Shown here piece by piece: positions 1 through 12,050 of a stretch of 64,000 bases of DNA; positions within the stretch are counted from its first letter, which is position 1, and every line of letters begins with the position of its first letter. The DNA lies in contig CAWHJN010000005.1 in assembly GCA_963829705.1 (NCBI GenBank), forward strand, positions 157,634 to 221,633, written 5' to 3'. The notes under the pieces were generated by a model. It did no database searches. It saw only the letters and a list, made by a program, of their open reading frames with translations, and was not told where the DNA came from. A program made the position numbers and the translations under genes. This DNA comes from Rhodothermales bacterium (GTDB taxonomy: Bacteria > Bacteroidota > Rhodothermia > Rhodothermales > BA12).

Positions 1-529
1 CATCCTGTTGCAGGTGGGCGCGGGGACGGGCCTCTTGCTGCTGCTGCGCTGGTTCTGGTGGCGCATCAACGCGGCGGCGGAGATCACGGGCATGGTCGTC
101 TCGTTTCTCGTCGCGCTGGTGTTTTTCTTCGCCGGGCGGCTGGGCTTCGAGCCCGCCTTCGGCCTGGCCGACTGGCACCAGCTCGTCGTCGGCGTGGCGA
201 TCACGACGCTCTCGTGGATCGTGGTGATGTTCCTGACGCCGCAGACGAGCGAGGCCACGCTGGAGAACTTCTACCGCAAGATCCGCCCCATCGGGCCGGG
301 CTGGGAGCCGGTAAAAGCCCGGATGCCCGAACTGCCTGCCACGCGCCAGACTGACTTCACCGCGTCGATGACGAGCTTTCTCGCGGCCATCGTGGGCGTG
401 TATTCGGCGCTCTTCGCCACGGGCTACCTGCTGTACGGGCGGACGGTGCCGGGTGTCGTGTTCGCCCTCGTGGCGGTCGCCGCCTTCGGCCTCATCGCCC
501 GCCTGTGGTCGCGCCTGTCATTCGAGTAG
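1..529 (+). CDS. Sodium:solute symporter family protein, C-terminal part (runs off window start)
   Basis: Frame open from base 2; hydrophobic helices with GAGTGLLLLLRWFWWRINA and FYRKIRPxGPGW segments typical of SSS-family C-termini. Confidence 0.8.
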   Translation, partial: ILLQVGAGTGLLLLLRWFWWRINAAAEITGMVVSFLVALVFFFAGRLGFEPAFGLADWHQLVVGVAITTLSWIVVMFLTPQTSEATLENFYRKIRPIGPGWEPVKARMPELPATRQTDFTASMTSFLAAIVGVYSALFATGYLLYGRTVPGVVFALVAVAAFGLIARLWSRLSFE

Positions 530-545
530 GAGGGAGGACGGTTGG

Positions 546-579
546 CTGGATTGGTTACCCAGTCGGGTAGCCAATCCAG
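546..579. terminator. Hairpin between convergent genes (probable bidirectional terminator)
   Basis: CTGGATTGGTTACCC-AGTC-GGGTAGCCAATCCAG inverted repeat between stops at 529 and 640. Confidence 0.55.
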
Positions 580-639
580 GCGACCAAGCAACAGCAGCCT
601 GCCCCACTTGCGGAGAGCAACGCGAGCGCAACCAACCTC

Positions 640-1959
640 CTACACGTCGAACCCCTGCGCTTCCAGCTCTTTGATTTTGCGGTAGAGCGTGCGTTCCGAG
701 ATGCCGAGGGCCTGCGCCGTCTGCCGCCGGTTGCCGTCGAACTGCCCGAGGGCACGGGCGATGAGTTCGCGCTCGACCTCTTCGAGTGGGCGGATCTCGG
801 GTTCTTCTTCCTCTGCCTCGGGTGCGCGGTCGGGCACATCGGCGATCTCGAAGGGCGCGTCCTCGAACGTAGGCTCGGGTTCGTAGGTGGACTCGGGCCG
901 GAGCGCGCCTTCGCGCACGATGACGAAGCCCTCGCCGCGCGGCGTCGCGCGGAGGCCGTCGAGGTCTTCGCGCGTCACCTGGAAGCCCGTCACGAGTTGG
1001 CCGAGTTGCTCCTTGAGGTCGCGCACATCCATGCGCAGTTCGAGGAGGGCGCGGTAGAGGAGTTCGCGCTCGCGCCCGTCCTCATGAGCGTCTGCCTGCC
1101 CACCGGCGTGCATGCCGCGCAGCGCGGGCAGCAGCATGTTGGGTGCCGGGGCTGAGACGCCGCGCAGGTACGGACGAAGGTCGTCTGCGCCGAGCGTGTC
1201 GCCGCGCAGCAGCACGACGCTCTGCTCGGCCACGTTGCGGAGTTCGCGTACGTTGCCCGGCCAGGCGTACGCTTCGAGCAGGCGCCGCGCGTCGGCGGTG
1301 AGGCGCGGCGCGGCGGTGTCGTAGCGCTGCGCCGTCCGGTGCAGGAAATGCTCGAAGAGCAGCAGGATGTCCTCTCGGCGCTCGCGCAGCGCGGGCAGGT
1401 CGATGACGACGGTGGCGAGGCGGTAGTAGAGATCCTCGCGGAAGCGCCCCGCTCGCACGTCATCGGCGAGGTTGCGGTTGGTGGCGGCGATGACGCGGGC
1501 ATCCGTCTGCCGCGTCACCGACGAGCCGACGCGCGCGTACGCGCCCGTTTCGAGCACGCGGAGCAAGCGCACCTGCGCCTGCGGCGGCATCTCGCCGATC
1601 TCGTCGAGGAAGACGCTGCTGGCGTCGGCCTCCTCGAAATAGCCTGTCCGCTTTTCCGTCGCGCCCGTGTATGCGCCCTTCTCGGCCCCGAACAGCTCGC
1701 TCTCGATGAGTCCCTCGGGGATCGCGCCGCAGTTGACGACGACGAGCGGCTTATGCTTGCGCGGCCCCAACTGGTGGATGGCCTGGGCGACGAGTTCTTT
1801 GCCCGTCCCGCTCTCGCCCTGAATGAGCACCGTCACGTCCGTCCGCGCCACCTGCCGGATGCGGTCGAGCACGCGGTGCAGAGAGGGCGCAGTGCCCAGA
1901 ATGCCGAATCGTTCCTGTATGGCTTCGCGGTCCATGTCGTGCGTGTGGATGGTCTCCAT
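640..1959 (-). CDS. Sigma-54-dependent enhancer-binding protein (AAA+ plus Fis HTH, no receiver domain)
   Basis: GESGTGKE Walker [30 protein letters not shown]-terminal [14 protein letters not shown]; true start may be the ATG at 1935. Confidence 0.93.
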   Translation of the reverse strand: METIHTHDMDREAIQERFGILGTAPSLHRVLDRIRQVARTDVTVLIQGESGTGKELVAQAIHQLGPRKHKPLVVVNCGAIPEGLIESELFGAEKGAYTGATEKRTGYFEEADASSVFLDEIGEMPPQAQVRLLRVLETGAYARVGSSVTRQTDARVIAATNRNLADDVRAGRFREDLYYRLATVVIDLPALRERREDILLLFEHFLHRTAQRYDTAAPRLTADARRLLEAYAWPGNVRELRNVAEQSVVLLRGDTLGADDLRPYLRGVSAPAPNMLLPALRGMHAGGQADAHEDGRERELLYRALLELRMDVRDLKEQLGQLVTGFQVTREDLDGLRATPRGEGFVIVREGALRPESTYEPEPTFEDAPFEIADVPDRAPEAEEEEPEIRPLEEVERELIARALGQFDGNRRQTAQALGISERTLYRKIKELEAQGFDV

Positions 1960-2061
1960 TCACGACACGATGGCAGAGGGCGTTCCGCCCGGATGCACCG
2001 ATAGCAGGATTCTGCGATGTGCGCGATCTCCAAACGACAACCCGCGGCCCTACCCGGCCCG

Positions 2062-2370
2062 CTACCTGCGGAAGCTCCGGTGCAGGCGCAGCACGCGCCG
2101 CGTGGCCTTCATCTTTTCGCCGAAGCGCGCGACGCCGTCGCCGCGCATCCGGGGCGCGTCCTCGGCAACGTAGCGGTCGAGCGCGGCCTGCGACGCAACG
2201 CGGTAGTGCGCCACAAACACCTGCGCATTTCCCGGTGCCTCCGCCTCGAAAATCTCGGCCTGCTCGAACCCGTCGATGTCCAGCATCTCGCCCGCGTGCG
2301 TTTCCAGCCAGTCGCGGAACGCATCGGCGATGGAGGCCTCGACTTCGAGAGTGACTTCGTAGAGCAGCAT
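2062..2370 (-). CDS. DUF4286 family protein
   Basis: 102 aa; MLLYEVTLEVE...FRDWLETHAGEMLDIDGF...LDRYVAEDAPRMR...RFG pattern. Confidence 0.75.
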   Translation of the reverse strand: MLLYEVTLEVEASIADAFRDWLETHAGEMLDIDGFEQAEIFEAEAPGNAQVFVAHYRVASQAALDRYVAEDAPRMRGDGVARFGEKMKATRRVLRLHRSFRR

Positions 2371-2530
2371 GGTGAGAACGAGCGAGTGCGCCACGCGCAC
2401 GACACGACGCGGCCCGGCGTTCCGAGCCGCACGCAACCGAACACTCCGCCGGAGGGGCTTTATAGCAGGATCGCCACAGTACGCACCCGCACACGCTCGC
2501 AGATTATCGCCGTATTTCTCGCCTCATACC

Positions 2531-3538
2531 ATGCACTTTATCTGGGGAATCCTCGGCGCGCTGATCATCCTCGTGATCGCGAGCGAGATCATCGTCACCA
2601 CCACCCAAGGCGGTATCAGCCCCGTGACCCGGTTTCTCATCGGGTTCTACCACGGCCTGTTGAAAATCTCGCGCGTGACGAGGTTCAAGCTCGTGCGGGC
2701 TTACCTGGGCACGGGGCTCACGGTCGCTGTCATCTTCACCTGGATCGTGCTCCTGTGGCTCGGGTGGACGCTGGTGTTTTGCAGCGCGCCGCAAGCGGTC
2801 GTCACCGAGTTCAGCGGCGTGCCTGCTACCTTTCTCGAGCGCGCGTACTTCGCGGGCTTCACGTTTTCGACGCTGGGGCTGGGGGGCTACCTGCCCGGCA
2901 CCACGGGCTGGCAGATCGTGGTGGTATTGTGCGCGCTGGGTGGCTTTATGCTCGTCACCTTCACCATCACCTTCCTGACGCCTCTTATTTCCGCTGCGCT
3001 GTTTCAGTGGCGGCTCGCCCTGCAGCTCTACCGACTGGGGAGCACGCCCACTTCCATCCTGCTGCACGCGTGGGACGGCGATTCGCTCGAAACGCTGGCG
3101 TCGCGCCTCGACAACCTGGGGACGGATCTGGTGCAACTCGAACACTTTCTCATCCTCTACCCGCTCGTGCGCTTCTACGGCAGCCGCGAGCACACCTCCA
3201 CCATATCGCTGAGCGTGGCGCGGCTGGGTGAGGCCATCGTGATGGCGCGGTTCGCGCTGGACGACCAGGCCACGCGGCAGGGGGCGTTCCAACTGGCGTA
3301 CCGGCAGGTCAGCGGCATTGCCGAGGCGTGGCTACAGGCCGAGCACAAAGCTCCCAGCACCATACCCGACCTCCCTGACCTCTCCAGCCTTCGGAAGGCA
3401 GGGCTGCCGGTGGTGAGCGACGAGGTGTTTGCCCAGCGCGTGGCCGCCCACAGCACCTTCCGGCGTGCGCTGTGCGCGCTCGTCACGCACGATGGGCAGG
3501 ACTGGCACGACGTGCACCACGGTGTCAACCCGCTCTGA
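2531..3538 (+). CDS. Two-TM ion channel (Ion_trans_2/potassium channel family) protein
   Basis: TM helices flanking YFAGFTFSTLGLGGYLP pore-like segment, followed by a soluble C-terminal domain. Confidence 0.75.
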   Translation: MHFIWGILGALIILVIASEIIVTTTQGGISPVTRFLIGFYHGLLKISRVTRFKLVRAYLGTGLTVAVIFTWIVLLWLGWTLVFCSAPQAVVTEFSGVPATFLERAYFAGFTFSTLGLGGYLPGTTGWQIVVVLCALGGFMLVTFTITFLTPLISAALFQWRLALQLYRLGSTPTSILLHAWDGDSLETLASRLDNLGTDLVQLEHFLILYPLVRFYGSREHTSTISLSVARLGEAIVMARFALDDQATRQGAFQLAYRQVSGIAEAWLQAEHKAPSTIPDLPDLSSLRKAGLPVVSDEVFAQRVAAHSTFRRALCALVTHDGQDWHDVHHGVNPL

Positions 3539-3546
3539 ACCGCAGG

Positions 3547-4995
3547 CTACGCGGGCACCGCGCGGAGGGACTCGGCGTCGAGTGTCGTGGCGTGCAGGGC
3601 GGTGCCCATCAGCGTCGCGCTCGTGCAGTCGTCGATGCGGACGCGCGCGTACTGGCCCGCCGCGAAGTCCTGCCGGTCGAAGACGACCATCTTGTTGGTG
3701 TCGGTGCGCCCGCAGAGTTGATCGGCGGAGCGCTTCGACGGGCCTTCGACGAGCACGGTGTGGACGGTGCCCACGTCGCGGCGGTTGCTTTCGAGCGCGT
3801 GCGTCTGCTGCAGGTCGATGATCTCGGTGAGGCGGCGCTTTTTAATGGCCTCGGGCACATCGTCCGTGTACTTGCGGGCGGCGTAGGTCGTCGGGCGCTC
3901 GGAGTAGGCGAACATGAAGGCATGGTCGTAACGAACGGCCTCCATCAGCGAGAGCGTGTCGGCATGTTCTTCGTCGGTCTCGCCGCAGAAACCGGCGATG
4001 ATGTCGGTCGAGAACGAGATGCCGGGTACGATGGCGCGGGCGCGGTCGATGAGCGCGAGGTATGCGTCGCGCGTGTACGTGCGCCGCATCCGCCGCAGCA
4101 CGTCGGTGTTGCCGTGCTGCACGGGCAGATGGATAAAGTCGCACACCGTCGGGCGCTCGCGGTGGACGTGCAGGAGTTCGTCCGAGCAGTCCTTCGGGTG
4201 GCTCGTCGAGTAGCGGATGCGAAGCTCGGACGAGAGCAGCGAGATTTTGTAGAGCAACTCGGCGAAATCCACCTGCGCGCCGTGCTCGTCGGAGCGGTAC
4301 GAGTTGACGTTCTGGCCCAGCACGGTCACTTCTTTGTAGCCCGCGTCGATGAGCACCTTCACCTCGTCGAGGATGCTGACGCTCGGGCGGCTGCGCTCGC
4401 GCCCACGCGTGAACGGGACGACGCAGAAAGCGCACATGTTGTCGCAGCCACGCATGATGGACACGAACGCGCTGATGCCATTGGTGTCGTAGCGCACGGG
4501 CGCGATGTCGGCGTACGTCTCCTCGCGCGACAGGTGTACGTTGACGGCGGCCTGGCCCGTCGTGTCGCTCTCGGCGAGCAGACGGGGCAGGTCACGGTAG
4601 GCGTCCGGCCCGACGACGAGGTCGACGAGCTTCTCCTCTTCCAGAAACTGGTGGCGCAGCCGCTCGGCCATGCAGCCGAGCACGCCGAGTTGGATGTGTC
4701 GGCCCTTTTTGGTTTTCTCCGCGCGGAAGGCATCGAGGCGGCGACGCACCTTCTGCTCGGCGTTCTCGCGGATGGCGCACGTGTTGAGCAGCACCACGTC
4801 GGCGCGGTCGGCGTCGTGGGTGAGACCGTAGCCCGTTTCGCGCAGCACCGAGGCGACGACCTCGGAATCCGCCACGTTCATCTGGCAACCATACGTTTCG
4901 ATATACACCTGCCGCGCGCCGTCGCTCTCGGCGGCCACGGTTTTCGGCGCGTCGATGGCATCGGTGAGAATGTCGAGGTCGAGGATGGGCTGCAT
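3547..4995 (-). CDS. miaB: tRNA-2-methylthio-N6-dimethylallyladenosine synthase MiaB
   Basis: [21 protein letters not shown], radical [12 protein letters not shown]-terminal TRAM domain. Confidence 0.97.
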   Translation of the reverse strand: MQPILDLDILTDAIDAPKTVAAESDGARQVYIETYGCQMNVADSEVVASVLRETGYGLTHDADRADVVLLNTCAIRENAEQKVRRRLDAFRAEKTKKGRHIQLGVLGCMAERLRHQFLEEEKLVDLVVGPDAYRDLPRLLAESDTTGQAAVNVHLSREETYADIAPVRYDTNGISAFVSIMRGCDNMCAFCVVPFTRGRERSRPSVSILDEVKVLIDAGYKEVTVLGQNVNSYRSDEHGAQVDFAELLYKISLLSSELRIRYSTSHPKDCSDELLHVHRERPTVCDFIHLPVQHGNTDVLRRMRRTYTRDAYLALIDRARAIVPGISFSTDIIAGFCGETDEEHADTLSLMEAVRYDHAFMFAYSERPTTYAARKYTDDVPEAIKKRRLTEIIDLQQTHALESNRRDVGTVHTVLVEGPSKRSADQLCGRTDTNKMVVFDRQDFAAGQYARVRIDDCTSATLMGTALHATTLDAESLRAVPA

Positions 4996-5139
4996 GACGG
5001 TCGGTGCGATCCAAAAGGCGAAGCGTAACGCGCTGGAAACGTGCGGGTTCAGCGAGGTCACCACGACCGACCTGTCAGGCGAACCAAGGCGCAGCGTACG
5101 CCGAGGCATAGTTTACCCCTTCCACCTTCTTCGCCTCCG

Positions 5140-6489
5140 ATGCCCCTTCGCCTCCGCCTTTTTGCCTGCGCGCTCGTCGTCGGCACGTGTTTCCTGACCG
5201 CACACGCGCAGCCCGTCCGGCACGTCGTGCTCATCTCCATCGACGGGTTTCGCCCGGATTTCTACGGGGATCTCTCCTGGCCCGCGCCGGTCCTCCAGCA
5301 GCACCGGCAGGTGGGGGCATACGCGCGCGCCGTGCGGCCCGTCTTCCCATCCGTCACCTACCCCGACCACGCCACGATGGTCACGGGGGCGCTGCCTGCC
5401 CGGCACGGCATCTACTACAACACCCCGTTCGAACCCACCGGCCAGACCGGACGGTGGTACTGGGAGGCCGATTCGATCCGCGTGCCGGCGCTCTGGGACG
5501 CCGTGCGCGCGGCCGGCGGCACGACGGCGGCGGTGAGCTGGCCCGTGTCCGTGGGCGCGGACATCGACTACAACGTGCCCGAAGTGTGGTCGCTCGACCC
5601 GTCGGAGGATGCGGTCGCGCCCATGCGGCGCAACGCCCGGCCTGCCGGGTTGCTCGAAAGGCTGGAACGCGACGCCGTGGGGCCGCTGACGGCGGCGCGC
5701 GTGAGCGACGATTTCCTCGCCCGCGACGAGGCGGCGGCAGCGATGGGCGCGTACCTGTTCGAGCAGCACCGCCCGACACTGCTGTTCGTCCACCTCATCA
5801 GCGTGGATCACTACGCGCACGAGGAAGGCCGCGACGGACCGATGGTGCGCCAGTCCGTGGCTACCGTGGATCGGGGCGTCGGCGCGCTCGTCCGGGCTGT
5901 GGAACGCGCCGGGCTGTCCGATTCGACGGCCTTCATCGTCACGGGCGACCACGGCTTCATGGACATCCACACGCGCCTGGCTCCCAACCGCTGGCTGATG
6001 GACGCGGGCCTCCTTGAAGCCGGGCGCGACCGGGGCGCGTGGCGGGCGGCGTTCCTCACGTCGGGTGCCGCGGCCTTTCTGCACCTGCGCGACCCGAACG
6101 ACGCCGGGGCCCTGGCCGCCGCCCGCGCGGCGCTGGACCGGGTGCCTCCTGAACTGCGGGCGCTGTTCCGCGTGCTCGAACGCGACGAACTCGACGCGCT
6201 CGGCGCCGCGCCGCAGGCAGCCCTCGCCCTCTCGCCCCACCCGGGCGTCGTCTTCACCGGCTCGACCTCCGCGCCCGTCCTCAGCGCGGCCACCGGCGGC
6301 ACGCACGGGTACCTCGCCGATTTTCCCGAGATGCAGACGGGACTGGTGGCGTGGGGCGCGGGCATCCGCCCCGATGCCGTGGTGCACCAGATGCGTCTGA
6401 CGGACGTGGCTCCGCTCGTGGCCGAACTGCTGGGCCTCAGCTTCACGGCTCCGGACGGCGTGTTGCTGCCGGGCCTGCTGGCGTGGTGA
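5140..6489 (+). CDS. Secreted nucleotide pyrophosphatase/phosphodiesterase (alkaline phosphatase superfamily)
   Basis: Signal peptide; ISIDGFRPD, FPSVTYPDH..MVTG, DHYAH, TGDHG, GTHGY motifs. Confidence 0.9.
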   Translation: MPLRLRLFACALVVGTCFLTAHAQPVRHVVLISIDGFRPDFYGDLSWPAPVLQQHRQVGAYARAVRPVFPSVTYPDHATMVTGALPARHGIYYNTPFEPTGQTGRWYWEADSIRVPALWDAVRAAGGTTAAVSWPVSVGADIDYNVPEVWSLDPSEDAVAPMRRNARPAGLLERLERDAVGPLTAARVSDDFLARDEAAAAMGAYLFEQHRPTLLFVHLISVDHYAHEEGRDGPMVRQSVATVDRGVGALVRAVERAGLSDSTAFIVTGDHGFMDIHTRLAPNRWLMDAGLLEAGRDRGAWRAAFLTSGAAAFLHLRDPNDAGALAAARAALDRVPPELRALFRVLERDELDALGAAPQAALALSPHPGVVFTGSTSAPVLSAATGGTHGYLADFPEMQTGLVAWGAGIRPDAVVHQMRLTDVAPLVAELLGLSFTAPDGVLLPGLLAW

Positions 6490-6625
6490 GGCGCCGCCAC
6501 TCAGGCAGGCGTAAGGGAACCGGGGGCTTCTATTTTCCATGATCCCGTGAATGCGGGATGCGGGCCGAGCCGCTGAACCCGTACGTTTCCCTCCCCTTGC
6601 CCCTCAATCTCACCCGCTTCCCATC

Positions 6626-7264
6626 ATGCCCCGCGCCCTGCTGCTCCTCGCTGCTCTGCTGATGCTCCCCACCGCACACGCGCAGACGGGCGCGCGCTCC
6701 CTCGGCCCGCAACTGAGCACGCTGGGCGTGGGCCTGAGCGGCTCGTACCGGCTCTCGCGCCTGTTGAGCGTGTCAGCCGAGGCCAACCTGCTGCCCACGT
6801 TGAGCGCGTCGTACGACGTCGACGGCATTGACTACGACGCTGACGCGCAGGTGCGGGGCAGCCTGCTTCTGGTCAACCTCCACCCGTTCGGCGGCACGTT
6901 TTCGGTAGGAGGGGGGCTGTTTTTCGGCGGCTACGAACTCGACGCCACGGCCACACCCGCCGAGCCCGTCGAAATCGGCGGCGACACGTACCAGCCCGAG
7001 GAGATCGGCACGCTCGACGGGGTCTTCTCGGCGCGAGGCCCTATCCCCGTGGTGATGCTCGGCTGGCGTGGGCGCGGCTTCAACTTCGGCGTGGGCGTGA
7101 CGACGGGCTACGCGGCCAAGGTGGAGCTGACGGCCAGCGGCCCGTACGCCTCGCGGCCCGAGGTGCAGGAAAGTCTGGAAGAGGAACGGCAGGACATCGA
7201 AGACCAGATCCGCGAGGTGCCGGTGCTGCCGTACCTGCGCCTCGGCTGGCAGTTCGGCTTCTGA
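6626..7264 (+). CDS. Outer-membrane beta-barrel protein
   Basis: Signal peptide (AHA-Q), STLGVG start, alternating strands, C-terminal LGWQFGF beta-signal. Confidence 0.7.
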   Translation: MPRALLLLAALLMLPTAHAQTGARSLGPQLSTLGVGLSGSYRLSRLLSVSAEANLLPTLSASYDVDGIDYDADAQVRGSLLLVNLHPFGGTFSVGGGLFFGGYELDATATPAEPVEIGGDTYQPEEIGTLDGVFSARGPIPVVMLGWRGRGFNFGVGVTTGYAAKVELTASGPYASRPEVQESLEEERQDIEDQIREVPVLPYLRLGWQFGF

Positions 7265-7273
7265 CGGGGACGA

Positions 7274-8533
7274 CTACCGCCCGCGCACCACGCGCCCGCC
7301 CTGCATCACGAACACGACGCGCTCGGTGGCGGTGATGTCGGCCACGGGGTCGCCCTCGACGGCGACGAGATCGGCGACGAGTCCAGTGCGGATGCGCCCG
7401 ATTTGATCGGACAGGCCAAGAAGGTCGGCGGCGGTGGCCGTGGCACTCTGGAGCACGTCGAGGGGAGCCATGCCGTAGTCCACCATCAGGACGAGTTCGC
7501 GGGCTTCTTCGCCGTGCGTGAACACGCCCACGTCGCTGCCCGCGAGGATCGTCACGCCCGCGTCGAGGGCGGCGCGGAATGAGGCGCGTTTCTGCGCGAG
7601 ACGCGCGGGTTCGGGCGCGTTTCCGTTCCAGCCGCGGTAGCGCTCGATGGCGTCTCCGGCGGCGAGTGTCGGGCACAGCGCCACGCCCTTCTCGCGCATG
7701 AGGGCGAAGATTTCGGGCGTGCCGTCGTCGCCGTGCTCGATGGTGGCGACGCCCGCCATCACGGCGCGGCGCATCCCCTCCGCCGTCGAGGCGTGCGCGG
7801 CAACTTTCCGCCCCGCGCTCGCGGCGACCTCCACGACCGTCTGCAACTCGGCCAGGGTGAAGGTCGGCAGCGCCTCGCCGTTCGGCCCCCAGCGGTAATC
7901 GGCGTAGACCTTCACCCAGTCGGCCCCCTTGCCCATCTGCTCGCGCGTGGCGCGGATGAGGTCGTCTCCGTCGGCTTCTTCGGCCCCGAGGGGCACGTCG
8001 AAGGCCGGGTCGAAGCCTTTCGGCCCGTACGAGCCTGTCGCCACGAGCGCGGGCCCGGCGACGAGCAACCGCGGGCCGGGAATGATGCCCTGCGCGATGG
8101 CCTGCTTCACGCCCACGTCGGCGTAGCCCGCGCCTTCGGAGCCGAGGTCGCGGACGGTCGTGAAGCCAGCGCGGAGGGTGTTGCGTGCATGGACGGTGGC
8201 CCGCGCCACGCGCAGCGCCTGCGATTCCCTGAGCACCTGATCGTTCCACGGCGTCTCGTCGTACGGATGCAGCAGCAGGTGCGCGTGTCCTTCGATGAGG
8301 CCGGGCAAGAGCGTCGTGCCGGGCAGTTCGATGGTTTCGATGCCCGCAGGCAGCGCGAGGGCGGCGAGCGGACCGGCGGCGGCAATGCGTCCGTCTTCGA
8401 CGAGCACGGCCCAGCCGTCGTGCAGCGCCTCGCCGTCGAAGACGCGGTCGGGGACGAGGAGCGTGGCGGGTGTCTGAGCCGCGGCGGGCAGCGCCGCGAG
8501 CACGAGGGCGAGAAAAAGCAGGATCGTTCGCAT
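7274..8533 (-). CDS. Secreted metal-dependent amidohydrolase (Xaa-Pro dipeptidase-like)
   Basis: Signal peptide; [43 protein letters not shown]. Confidence 0.9.
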   Translation of the reverse strand: MRTILLFLALVLAALPAAAQTPATLLVPDRVFDGEALHDGWAVLVEDGRIAAAGPLAALALPAGIETIELPGTTLLPGLIEGHAHLLLHPYDETPWNDQVLRESQALRVARATVHARNTLRAGFTTVRDLGSEGAGYADVGVKQAIAQGIIPGPRLLVAGPALVATGSYGPKGFDPAFDVPLGAEEADGDDLIRATREQMGKGADWVKVYADYRWGPNGEALPTFTLAELQTVVEVAASAGRKVAAHASTAEGMRRAVMAGVATIEHGDDGTPEIFALMREKGVALCPTLAAGDAIERYRGWNGNAPEPARLAQKRASFRAALDAGVTILAGSDVGVFTHGEEARELVLMVDYGMAPLDVLQSATATAADLLGLSDQIGRIRTGLVADLVAVEGDPVADITATERVVFVMQGGRVVRGR

Positions 8534-8573
8534 ACGCCGATGGTACGACGCGCTTCTCTCTATCCGCAACGCT

Positions 8574-9188
8574 TTGAGCTTTCCGCATCCCTTCAGCCAG
8601 GCCCGCCCGCACCCGTGGCACGGCATTCCCACCGGCCCCGACGCGCCGCGCCTCGTCCACGCCTTTATCGAGATCACGCCCTTCGACCTCGTCAAGTACG
8701 AAGTCGACAAGCCCACGGGCTATCTGCGCGTGGATCGCCCGCAGCGCACGTCGAGCCTGCCGCCGACGCTCTACGGCTTCATCCCGCGCACGTACTGCGC
8801 GCACCGCGTGGCGCGGCTGGCCGATGTCGACCGGGCCGACGGCGACCCGCTCGACATCTGCGTGCTCTCGGAGCGGCCCATCACGCGCGCCGAGGTCATC
8901 CTGAACGCACGCGTCGTGGGCGGTTTGCAGATGATCGACAAGGGCGAGGCCGACGACAAGATCGTAGCCGTGCTCGACGCCGACCAGTACTACGAGGGCA
9001 TCAAAGACCTGAGCGACCTCCCCGACCTGTTGATGGACCGGCTGTCGCACTATTTCGCCACGTACAAGCAGGTGCCGGGCCGGGAGGTGGACGTGAAGAT
9101 CACCGAGCGTTACGACCGCGAGCACGCCCACCGGGTGATCGAGGCGGCGGTGGAGGATTACTGGGAAGCCGCGCGCGAAGTGATCTGA
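8574..9188 (+). CDS. ppa: Inorganic pyrophosphatase (family I)
   Basis: [40 protein letters not shown]; TTG start. Confidence 0.93.
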   Translation: MSFPHPFSQARPHPWHGIPTGPDAPRLVHAFIEITPFDLVKYEVDKPTGYLRVDRPQRTSSLPPTLYGFIPRTYCAHRVARLADVDRADGDPLDICVLSERPITRAEVILNARVVGGLQMIDKGEADDKIVAVLDADQYYEGIKDLSDLPDLLMDRLSHYFATYKQVPGREVDVKITERYDREHAHRVIEAAVEDYWEAAREVI

Positions 9189-9268
9189 GCAGGCGTGGGG
9201 TTCGGTCGGCAGGAATGCGCGCCTGTTTTCCACCGAATCCCACACCCCTCCAACAGCGTTGGCGCGCG

Positions 9269-11272
9269 ATGCCTGTCCTCGCTGCCGCCGCCCCGCCGTT
9301 CCTGTTCGAACTCGTTGCCCTGCTGGGCATCAGCGTCGTCATCGCGTACGCGTGCTTCAAGCTGCGCCTCGTGCCCATCGTCGGGTTCGTGGTGGCGGGC
9401 GTGCTCATCGGGCCGAATGCCTTCGGCATCGTCCAGGACCCGGAGCTCGTCGACAGCATGGCGGAGATCGGCGTGATCCTGCTGCTGTTTTCCATCGGCG
9501 TCGAGTTTTCGCTCGAAAAGCTGTCGCGCCTTTCGAGAGCGATCTTCGTCGGCGGCGGCACACAGGTGGGGCTGACGGTGGCGCTGACGACGCTCGTGCT
9601 CCTGCTGTTCGGGGTGGCGTGGAACGCGGCGCTCTACACCGGCTTCCTCGTCGCGCTCTCGTCGACGGCCATCGTGCTGTCGCTGCTGGCCGAGCGGGGC
9701 GAGACGAACACGCCGGCGGGTGGGCTGTCGCTGGCGTTCCTGATCTTCCAGGACCTGGCCATCATCGTGATGGTGATGGCGGTGCCGCTGCTGGCGGGTG
9801 GCGACGGCTCGACGCTGGGCACGCTGTGGGCGCTGGGGCGGGCGCTGCTCGTGATCGCGCTGGCGGTGGTGACGGCGCGCAAGGTCGTGCCGTTCGTGCT
9901 CGAAAAGATCGCGCAGACGCGGCGGCAGGAGCTGTTTCTGCTGGCCGTGGTGGCGGTGTGCTTTGGCACGGCGTGGGCCGTCTCGCTGGCGGACGTGAGC
10001 GTGGCGCTGGGGGCGTTCCTCGCCGGCCTCGTCGTGAGCGAGAGCCGCTTCAGCGAGCAGGCGTTCAGCGAGATCGTGCCGCTGCGGACGGTGTTCAACG
10101 CGGTGTTCTTCGTGTCTGTCGGGATGCTCATGGACCCGTGGTTCGTCGTCGAAAACCTCGTGCTCGTGCTCGTGGTCACGCTGGGCGTGGTGGTGCTGAA
10201 AGTGCTCGTGACGGGCTTCAGCGTGCTCATCCTGAAGTACCCGGCGCGGCTGGCGGCCATCGTCGGGCTGGCGCTGGCGCAGATCGGCGAGTTCTCGTTC
10301 GTGCTCGAAAAGGCGGGCAGCGAGGCCGGGCTTTTGCCCGCCGGGCTGGAGACGGGCAGCCAGACGTTCATCGCCGTCTCGGTGCTGCTGATGCTGCTGA
10401 CGCCGCTGCTGGTGCACTACGGGCCAAAGGCGGGCACATGGATCGCCCGGACGCCGCTGGGGCGTGTGGGGCAGGAGCCGGAGGTGCAGGCCGTCGACGA
10501 GCACCTCGAAGACCACGTCGTGATCGTCGGCTACGGGCCGTCGGGGCTACGCCTCACGCAGGTGCTGCAGCGCACCGAGATTCCGTACTGCGTCATCGAA
10601 CTCAACCCGGCGGCGACGCTCCAGCCGGGCACGGGCGCGCACGCCCTCTACGGCGACGCCACGCGCCCGCACATCCTCGAAGCCGCAGGCATCCACAAGG
10701 CCAAGCTGTGCGTCGTCGTCATCAACGACGCGGCGGCTGCACAGCGCGTGACGCAACTCGCCAAAGTCCTCAACCCCACTGTGGAGGTCATCGCGCGCAC
10801 GCGCTTCCTCACCGATGTCGAGAAGCTGTACCACGACGGCGCGGACATCGTCGTGCCGGAGGAGATGGAGACAACCGTTCGCATTTTCTCGCACGTGCTG
10901 GGTGCGTACATGATTCCGCCCGACGTGATCGAGGAGCAGGCGCGGATTCTGCGGGCGGGCGACTACCAGGTGCTGCGCGGCTCGATTCAGGAGGCGCACC
11001 TGATGGTGTTGCAGGGCCTCGACGAGGACGGCCTCCATACGCGCGCGGTGCTCGTGCGCGAGGGGGCGCCCGTGGCGGGCCGCACGCTGGCCGAACTCCA
11101 ACTCCGGCAGCGCCACCGCCTCACGGTGCTGGCCGTGCGGCGTGGCAGCCGTACACACGGCAACCCGGCGGGGCACTTCCAGCTTCAGCCCGGCGACCGC
11201 CTCGTGCTCATCGGCAACGCCCTCGACTTCGCCGACAGCGCGGCGCTGTTTCGCCTGCCTTCGGCGGAGTAA
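9269..11272 (+). CDS. Monovalent cation:proton antiporter-2 (Kef-like) with TrkA-N and TrkA-C domains
   Basis: [42 protein letters not shown] Rossmann-like, GDAT, C-terminal RCK-C. Confidence 0.92.
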   Translation: MPVLAAAAPPFLFELVALLGISVVIAYACFKLRLVPIVGFVVAGVLIGPNAFGIVQDPELVDSMAEIGVILLLFSIGVEFSLEKLSRLSRAIFVGGGTQVGLTVALTTLVLLLFGVAWNAALYTGFLVALSSTAIVLSLLAERGETNTPAGGLSLAFLIFQDLAIIVMVMAVPLLAGGDGSTLGTLWALGRALLVIALAVVTARKVVPFVLEKIAQTRRQELFLLAVVAVCFGTAWAVSLADVSVALGAFLAGLVVSESRFSEQAFSEIVPLRTVFNAVFFVSVGMLMDPWFVVENLVLVLVVTLGVVVLKVLVTGFSVLILKYPARLAAIVGLALAQIGEFSFVLEKAGSEAGLLPAGLETGSQTFIAVSVLLMLLTPLLVHYGPKAGTWIARTPLGRVGQEPEVQAVDEHLEDHVVIVGYGPSGLRLTQVLQRTEIPYCVIELNPAATLQPGTGAHALYGDATRPHILEAAGIHKAKLCVVVINDAAAAQRVTQLAKVLNPTVEVIARTRFLTDVEKLYHDGADIVVPEEMETTVRIFSHVLGAYMIPPDVIEEQARILRAGDYQVLRGSIQEAHLMVLQGLDEDGLHTRAVLVREGAPVAGRTLAELQLRQRHRLTVLAVRRGSRTHGNPAGHFQLQPGDRLVLIGNALDFADSAALFRLPSAE

Positions 11273-11320
11273 GTCGTTGGGTGGGTTGGCTCCTCAACCC
11301 TGAGTCAGCCCCTGTGCGGA

Positions 11321-11866
11321 TCAGGGCATTTTGCGGCGATCCGCGCGTGCCCACTTCGTTTTGTAGGGCAGGTAGAACAGGTAGAGCCCCGTCAGGTAGA
11401 GGCCCAGCAGCACCAGCGCGGCGGGAAAGAACACCCACAGCTTGACGTGGTCGTGAAACCACGAGCCGTCGTGCAGCGCCTCGATGAGGTCGGAGCGGCG
11501 CTTGGCCACGTGCAGCACGCCCCCGGTGGCCAGGTCGATCTGCACTTCCCAGCCGCCCTCGCGGGCCTGCACCTTGACGATCCCTTTGCGGGGCTGGACG
11601 TCCAGTTTGTCCACGTCGTCCCACGTCGAGATGCCCGCCGCGTCGGCACTCCGGGCGGCGCGCAGGATGTCGTCGAGCGACACGCGCGGCGGGCTTCCCG
11701 GCGCCTCGCTGCGCTGCTCCGGCGGCTGGATCCAGGCCACCTGTTTCTTCCACAGCAGCAAGGTGCCCGTCACGAGCACGATCAGCAGGGGCACCGCCAC
11801 GGCCACGGTGCCCCAGCGGTGCAGCTTGCGCGACCAGATGGCGAGGACCTTTCGTTTTGCACGCAC
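11321..11866 (-). CDS. PepSY-associated TM helix domain protein
   Basis: RKLHRW..TG.LL, central PepSY-like EVQIDLATG, IEALHDG; GTG start inferred. Confidence 0.8.
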   Translation of the reverse strand: MRAKRKVLAIWSRKLHRWGTVAVAVPLLIVLVTGTLLLWKKQVAWIQPPEQRSEAPGSPPRVSLDDILRAARSADAAGISTWDDVDKLDVQPRKGIVKVQAREGGWEVQIDLATGGVLHVAKRRSDLIEALHDGSWFHDHVKLWVFFPAALVLLGLYLTGLYLFYLPYKTKWARADRRKMP

Positions 11867-11965
11867 GGGCGATCTCGGGCAGATGAACGGAGGATGATAC
11901 GGCCCGTCTCTCCCTCGCAAGGAGGCAGAGCCGCAGGGCCTCGCTACTGGAAATGGACCTACCAA

Positions 11966-11994
11966 TTGACGGGGCGGCAGGCGCCGTGTATGTT
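11966..11994 (+). promoter_or_regulatory. Sigma70-like promoter upstream of orphan ORF 12051
   Basis: TTGACG-N17-TATGTT. Confidence 0.5.
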
Positions 11995-12050
11995 GGTGCT
12001 GCGTGCCGCGCGTTTCGGGTGCCAGAACCCTTCACCAAACCCTCCCTGCC

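Noticed and set aside
7733-9268. N-terminal 512 codons of the 1179-aa ORF, suggesting a giant fusion to the antiporter
   Set aside because: Overlaps the amidohydrolase (antisense) and ppa (other frame); the antiporter starts at ATG 9269
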